DNA of 64,000 nt, from NCBI GenBank assembly GCA_965203295.1, contig CBDBCZ010000017.1, forward strand, positions 1,888,001 through 1,952,000, given 5' to 3'. Within the stretch, counting starts at the first letter, position 1, and the number at the start of each line of letters is the position of its first letter. The stretch is from Nitrospirales bacterium. Its GTDB lineage: Bacteria; Nitrospirota; Nitrospiria; Nitrospirales; UBA8639. Below are positions 26,046 to 64,000 of the stretch, in pieces. The notes beneath the pieces are model-generated. The model was given only the letters and a program-made list of their open reading frames with translations, was not told the DNA's origin and did no database searches. The position numbers and the translations under genes were made by a program.

Positions 26046-26301
26046 AGTGCCATTGCCATCCATAAATTTGAGCTCCCAACTCTCCCGTACACGTTACTCT
26101 CCAATATTCCGACTTGCTTGGTCTATAAATCTCATGTTGTACATGATCAGCTATTTTTTATATCTGTAAAATTTATGTGGTCAGCTGTTAGAGAATACAA
26201 TATGAACCGGTTATACATGTATATTGTGTTCAGCTCTTGTGTGATCTTAGTGCCATATTCAGAGTTGCTTTTACAATCTCATTATTTATTGTATTTTTGT
26301 A

Positions 26302-26334
26302 AATAAAATTGATAATTATTGTATGCAAAATAAA
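26302..26334 (+). terminator. Probable PFKFB polyadenylation signals
   Basis: AATAAA at 26302 and 26329, about 260-290 nt after the stop, in an AT-rich 3'UTR. Confidence 0.55.
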
Positions 26335-26889
26335 AATTGATCAATGCAGGGGGTGTAGTCTAAGTTACAGGCCTCAGATAGAGAAAAGTAACAAGTCCTG
26401 TAAATCACAGCAAAGCTTACTACCTCTTTATGTCTAAATTTACCTTTAATTTAATTAACTCTTTTGCAGCCAAGTTTTAATACATCCATAAGGTTAATGT
26501 GAATTTATATTGGCCTTTTTATATTAGGCGTTAATATAAAGTGCATGTTTTTTCTATTTTATATGGGCACATAAATGTGCCCATGGTGTTCAAAGTGTAT
26601 GGTTACCATAGATTAACCTGCATGCATGTACATGTAGATGGTTCAGAATCACACATGCATCGATATCTCTTGAAAATAATCATCCCTCGTGCAAAAAGGT
26701 GGTTTCTATGACAATAACCTATCTGAGTCAGTACAGAAGCCAACTTGTACTAATTTTGGTATGTAGGTGGTTCACAAACAACTGCATGCCATTGCTTATG
26801 CTAGGTTACTAAGAAAACTAGGCCCAATTCAACATCCCTCCTGGGGTATAATTTAGACATGCTATCCTCAAACCCCCTTACATGTATAG

Positions 26890-27028
26890 GATAGACCACG
26901 TCACAGCGGAGGATATGCGCCTATATATCCTCCGTGGATGCGATTTTACCCGAGGCGCAGCCGAGGGATAAAACCGTATCCAAGGAGGATATTTTGGGCG
27001 CATATCCTCCGCTGGGGCGTGGTCTATC
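26890..27028. mobile_element. Palindromic element with central CCGAGGCGCAGCCGAGG motif
   Basis: Arms GATAGACCACG..GCGGAGGATATGCGCC / GGCGCATATCCTCCGC..CGTGGTCTATC. A second copy lies at 33266-33398. Confidence 0.65.
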
Positions 27029-27630
27029 TGACTTATCCCACTACTGCGCATGTGCGTAACTATCGTGAAGTAGCTTGAGGTTATGTTACTAATATGTAAC
27101 TAAGGAAGTACAGTCTACAGAACTGTAGGATATGCGCCTATATATCCTACTGCTCTCGTCCAATGAAATGTATTAGAGATTATGCAATGTGGGGTAAGAC
27201 ATACATCCAGACATCAAAGTATGGCATGCAGACTCACAAATTCACAATGACCAGAGTAGCTACAGCTTCATTAGTAATACTCATATTATCTTTACTTGAC
27301 AAGTAGCCTTAGCTATACAGTACAGCTCATCAGTTATCACTCCACCTAGTACTGCTAAAGCAATGAGAAACTAGTGCTATACAAACCATACCTACGACTC
27401 ACACACTTCTAGATCTTAGTCCACAGTTCAATATCTTGAGTACAATAGCCATTCATGCCTTTATGTTAACTTTTAGGACAAAGGGACTATTCATATATAT
27501 AATTTTTAGGACAAAGGGACTATTCATATTATACAAGGATAGAATCCATACATGTAGCAGACAAAACACTATTACACACTGCCATGACACCAGACCATTT
27601 TCAAAACATGAATCAATTCCATTCCATCTG

Positions 27631-34162
<6,532 letters not shown>

Positions 34163-34530
34163 GGTTACTCAAAGAGGGCGTGGCTCATTACCAGCAGACT
34201 TTGACCTCACACGTTGAGCCAAACATTCCAACAGTGTATTTTTGTCGTCCTCTCTCTTCGGCTTCGCGCATTTAGCATTTTCTTTCACAGATGATCGCTC
34301 TATGCATGTGTGGTTACAAAGAGCTACGAGGAGTCTCGAGTAAGTAGTTTAGATCGCGTTAGAGGTTTGGAGCAGTGTTTATAATAAGGTCTGAGCATAG
34401 ATGGTCTGAGTGAATTATTGAGAACCAGTTTCTATGCTCGTAGCTAGTAGAACTATATTAGCTACTGTACTCCAGTTGTGTTAAATTCAGTATTAATGTC
34501 TCTCTCTGACTTCAGGGAGGCCAAGCTGCA
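34163..34530. promoter_or_regulatory. Putative bidirectional promoter between HYAL and the glycosyltransferase-like gene
   Basis: Divergent start codons about 370 bp apart, a CpG-containing segment and a probable 5'UTR intron (GTAAGT at 34340, CAG at 34515). Confidence 0.5.
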
Positions 34531-39055
<4,525 letters not shown>

Positions 39056-40540
39056 TGTCATGACATTCATCTCCGTGTTTTATATCCAGCTTCTTATAGA
39101 TTTTTATACTTCAGACATTCTCACAGCAGTATATATCAGTGCCAAGCTTGTAACCTAGTTTATTTTATTGAATAGACTCCGCTGCATGTACATGTATGTG
39201 TGTCAACTGGAGGGTGGGTGTGTGAGTGTTTTAAGTGTCCTATATAGCCTTGTTCATGTACAGCCTCCACTGTTGACATTTGTTTTAATTTTTTAAGAAA
39301 AAAAGAAAAATAATTGCAATGGAGACTTCCTACAAGGCCACGTCCCATAATCTTGGTCACGTTTATGTAATTATGTATTGCTATCATATTGTAGCCATAT
39401 CTCGTTGCTGAAACTGAAACAGAATTTGCTTCATGCTAGCCTTGAACCAACCTGTCCCAACCCCCCCCCCTTACAGCTGGGTATGAGGTTTAATTGCAGC
39501 ATACTAAATTACTTAGTATGGCACATTTTTTATTTACTTCATTTTTATGTAATTCAAAATCAGTACTTAATGTTGGGTTGGCCCACTCAGCCCTTCAATT
39601 AAAACAACACTACTGTATGTTTTCAAAATTACTTTTAATGTGCTGACAAGATAATTATACCAATAATTATGAACAAGCGATGTAGATCCCAGTTAATAGC
39701 AGCATAACAAGCAGGTTACAAAATTTTCCACTTCACCCTTATGCTATAGTAATAGGTGGGTTATAATGATAAGGTGTTTCATAGCAGTGGAGATATCTGT
39801 GCGACACTATCTGACAGCTCATTTTGAATCGAATGAGTGTCCCAATGAGTTGGTAACAGGACAAAAGTGGGCTTTCAATGGTCAACCTTGCAGACATTTG
39901 ATACTTATTGCCACATGGCTGTATAAAATATATATATACGGCATAAATTAAGTGTTATCCAGCCCTGTATACTAGTACTGCAACATCGCATAGTCCTTAG
40001 ACACATTTCAGGAATTCCACCTTTGACCCACAGGGTCTCAGGGGTGGTGCTATTATGCCACTCCAGATCCTTAATTAGAGTTATTAAATGCCCATTATGC
40101 AATATTTACAATACACATTGAGGACACTACGCTTAGTCTATAGGTGAACAGCAGGTGTATGCCTAACATAATTATGATAATGGTGTGTTAATAATCCTGG
40201 CCATCTGCACCTCTGTAATCGATTCTTCACTCATAGCTACTACGTATATACAGGTGTTAGAATCTACATGTACCACACATTTTGTGGCTGACAGAAATTA
40301 GAGATCCACATTATCTGAAGAGTATATAGAACATGAAATTTAATTGTGATAAGAAACATGTCTACAGAGATTTTAATCTCTTTTAACAACAGGACCTGAG
40401 TCTACACATGGATGAAGATAGAGGCCATATGTAAGACTTCATGAAAATTTCAATATGTATCATACAGAGAATTTTACAGCAAAAATTAATAAAGCTTAAA
40501 TCGTTACACGATATTATGTACTACTACACTATTATGTCAA

Positions 40541-63403
<22,863 letters not shown>

Positions 63404-64000
63404 CTGAAAGAGAATGAGTATTCTCATTAAGTAAAATTAGCTACACTACATTGGAGAAAATTAGCCACAACGAGTACATATATATTGTACATGTACATAC
63501 ATCCATACATCATACATGTACGTACATACATGCAAATGTATAGATGGTGGTTTTTGAAATTTACTAGGAAGAGAATTAAGACAATCACAATTTCATCAAT
63601 TTCATAAACTCTTGAAATGCACTAATCACAATGACTGGTGAAATTTCACCCCAAATGATTTCCCCACTATATGGTAAGATCATGCCTGCAACCTCAGGGT
63701 TATCTTAGAAGTAACAGCTATAGGTGTATACATAAGTCTTGAAATTCATTCAAGACCAAAATAGCGAGGTTGTTGAACACTGATTTCAAATCAAAGCACC
63801 TGCAGTTTAAGAAGTGCCTATAAATTAACACAATCCCACAATTTTCACTACTATAGGTTCAAGCTCCATCACTGTACATACTACAAGGGTGACCAAGTAG
63901 AGCATTCGATGACATAGCAATGTCATCTCAGGAATTTGCTCGACAAAGTGTTTCAAAAATCCAGGAATTTTGATTCATCTATGTTCAAGACAAGAATTAT

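Noticed and set aside
27470..27529. Direct duplication of about 26 bp in the HYAL 3' region
   Set aside because: A simple local slippage duplication with no further structure.

Overview
Eukaryotic, animal genomic DNA. It has spliceosomal introns, TTAGGG repeats and compact genes in a dense small-transposon landscape. A demosponge or other basal invertebrate is my guess, and the taxon cannot be proven from this window. By hand I reconstructed five spliced genes: the 3' part of DCP1 (+), a complete 17-exon PFKFB (+), a complete 7-exon hyaluronidase/GH56 (-), a type II membrane fucosyltransferase-like gene head-to-head with it (+), and the 3' half of LTA4H (-). An intronless 557-aa gene with a signal peptide and about 7 TM helices sits inside an LTA4H intron on the same strand. 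Introns and intergenic DNA hold many non-autonomous elements: Helentron/DINE-like HINEs, TA-TSD Tc1/pogo MITEs, 9-bp-TSD TAG..CTA elements, a TTAA-TSD Kolobok-like MITE, a hAT MITE and a tRNA-derived SINE. There are also decayed transposase genes, an interstitial telomeric array and a repeat carrying a TATA-preceded tRNA-Thr(AGT)-like RNA. The most unusual items are the nested orphan 7TM gene, the tRNA-carrying repeat that moves with its upstream region, and 18-31 bp micro-insertions with clean target-site duplications. All family assignments come from recalled motifs, not database searches.
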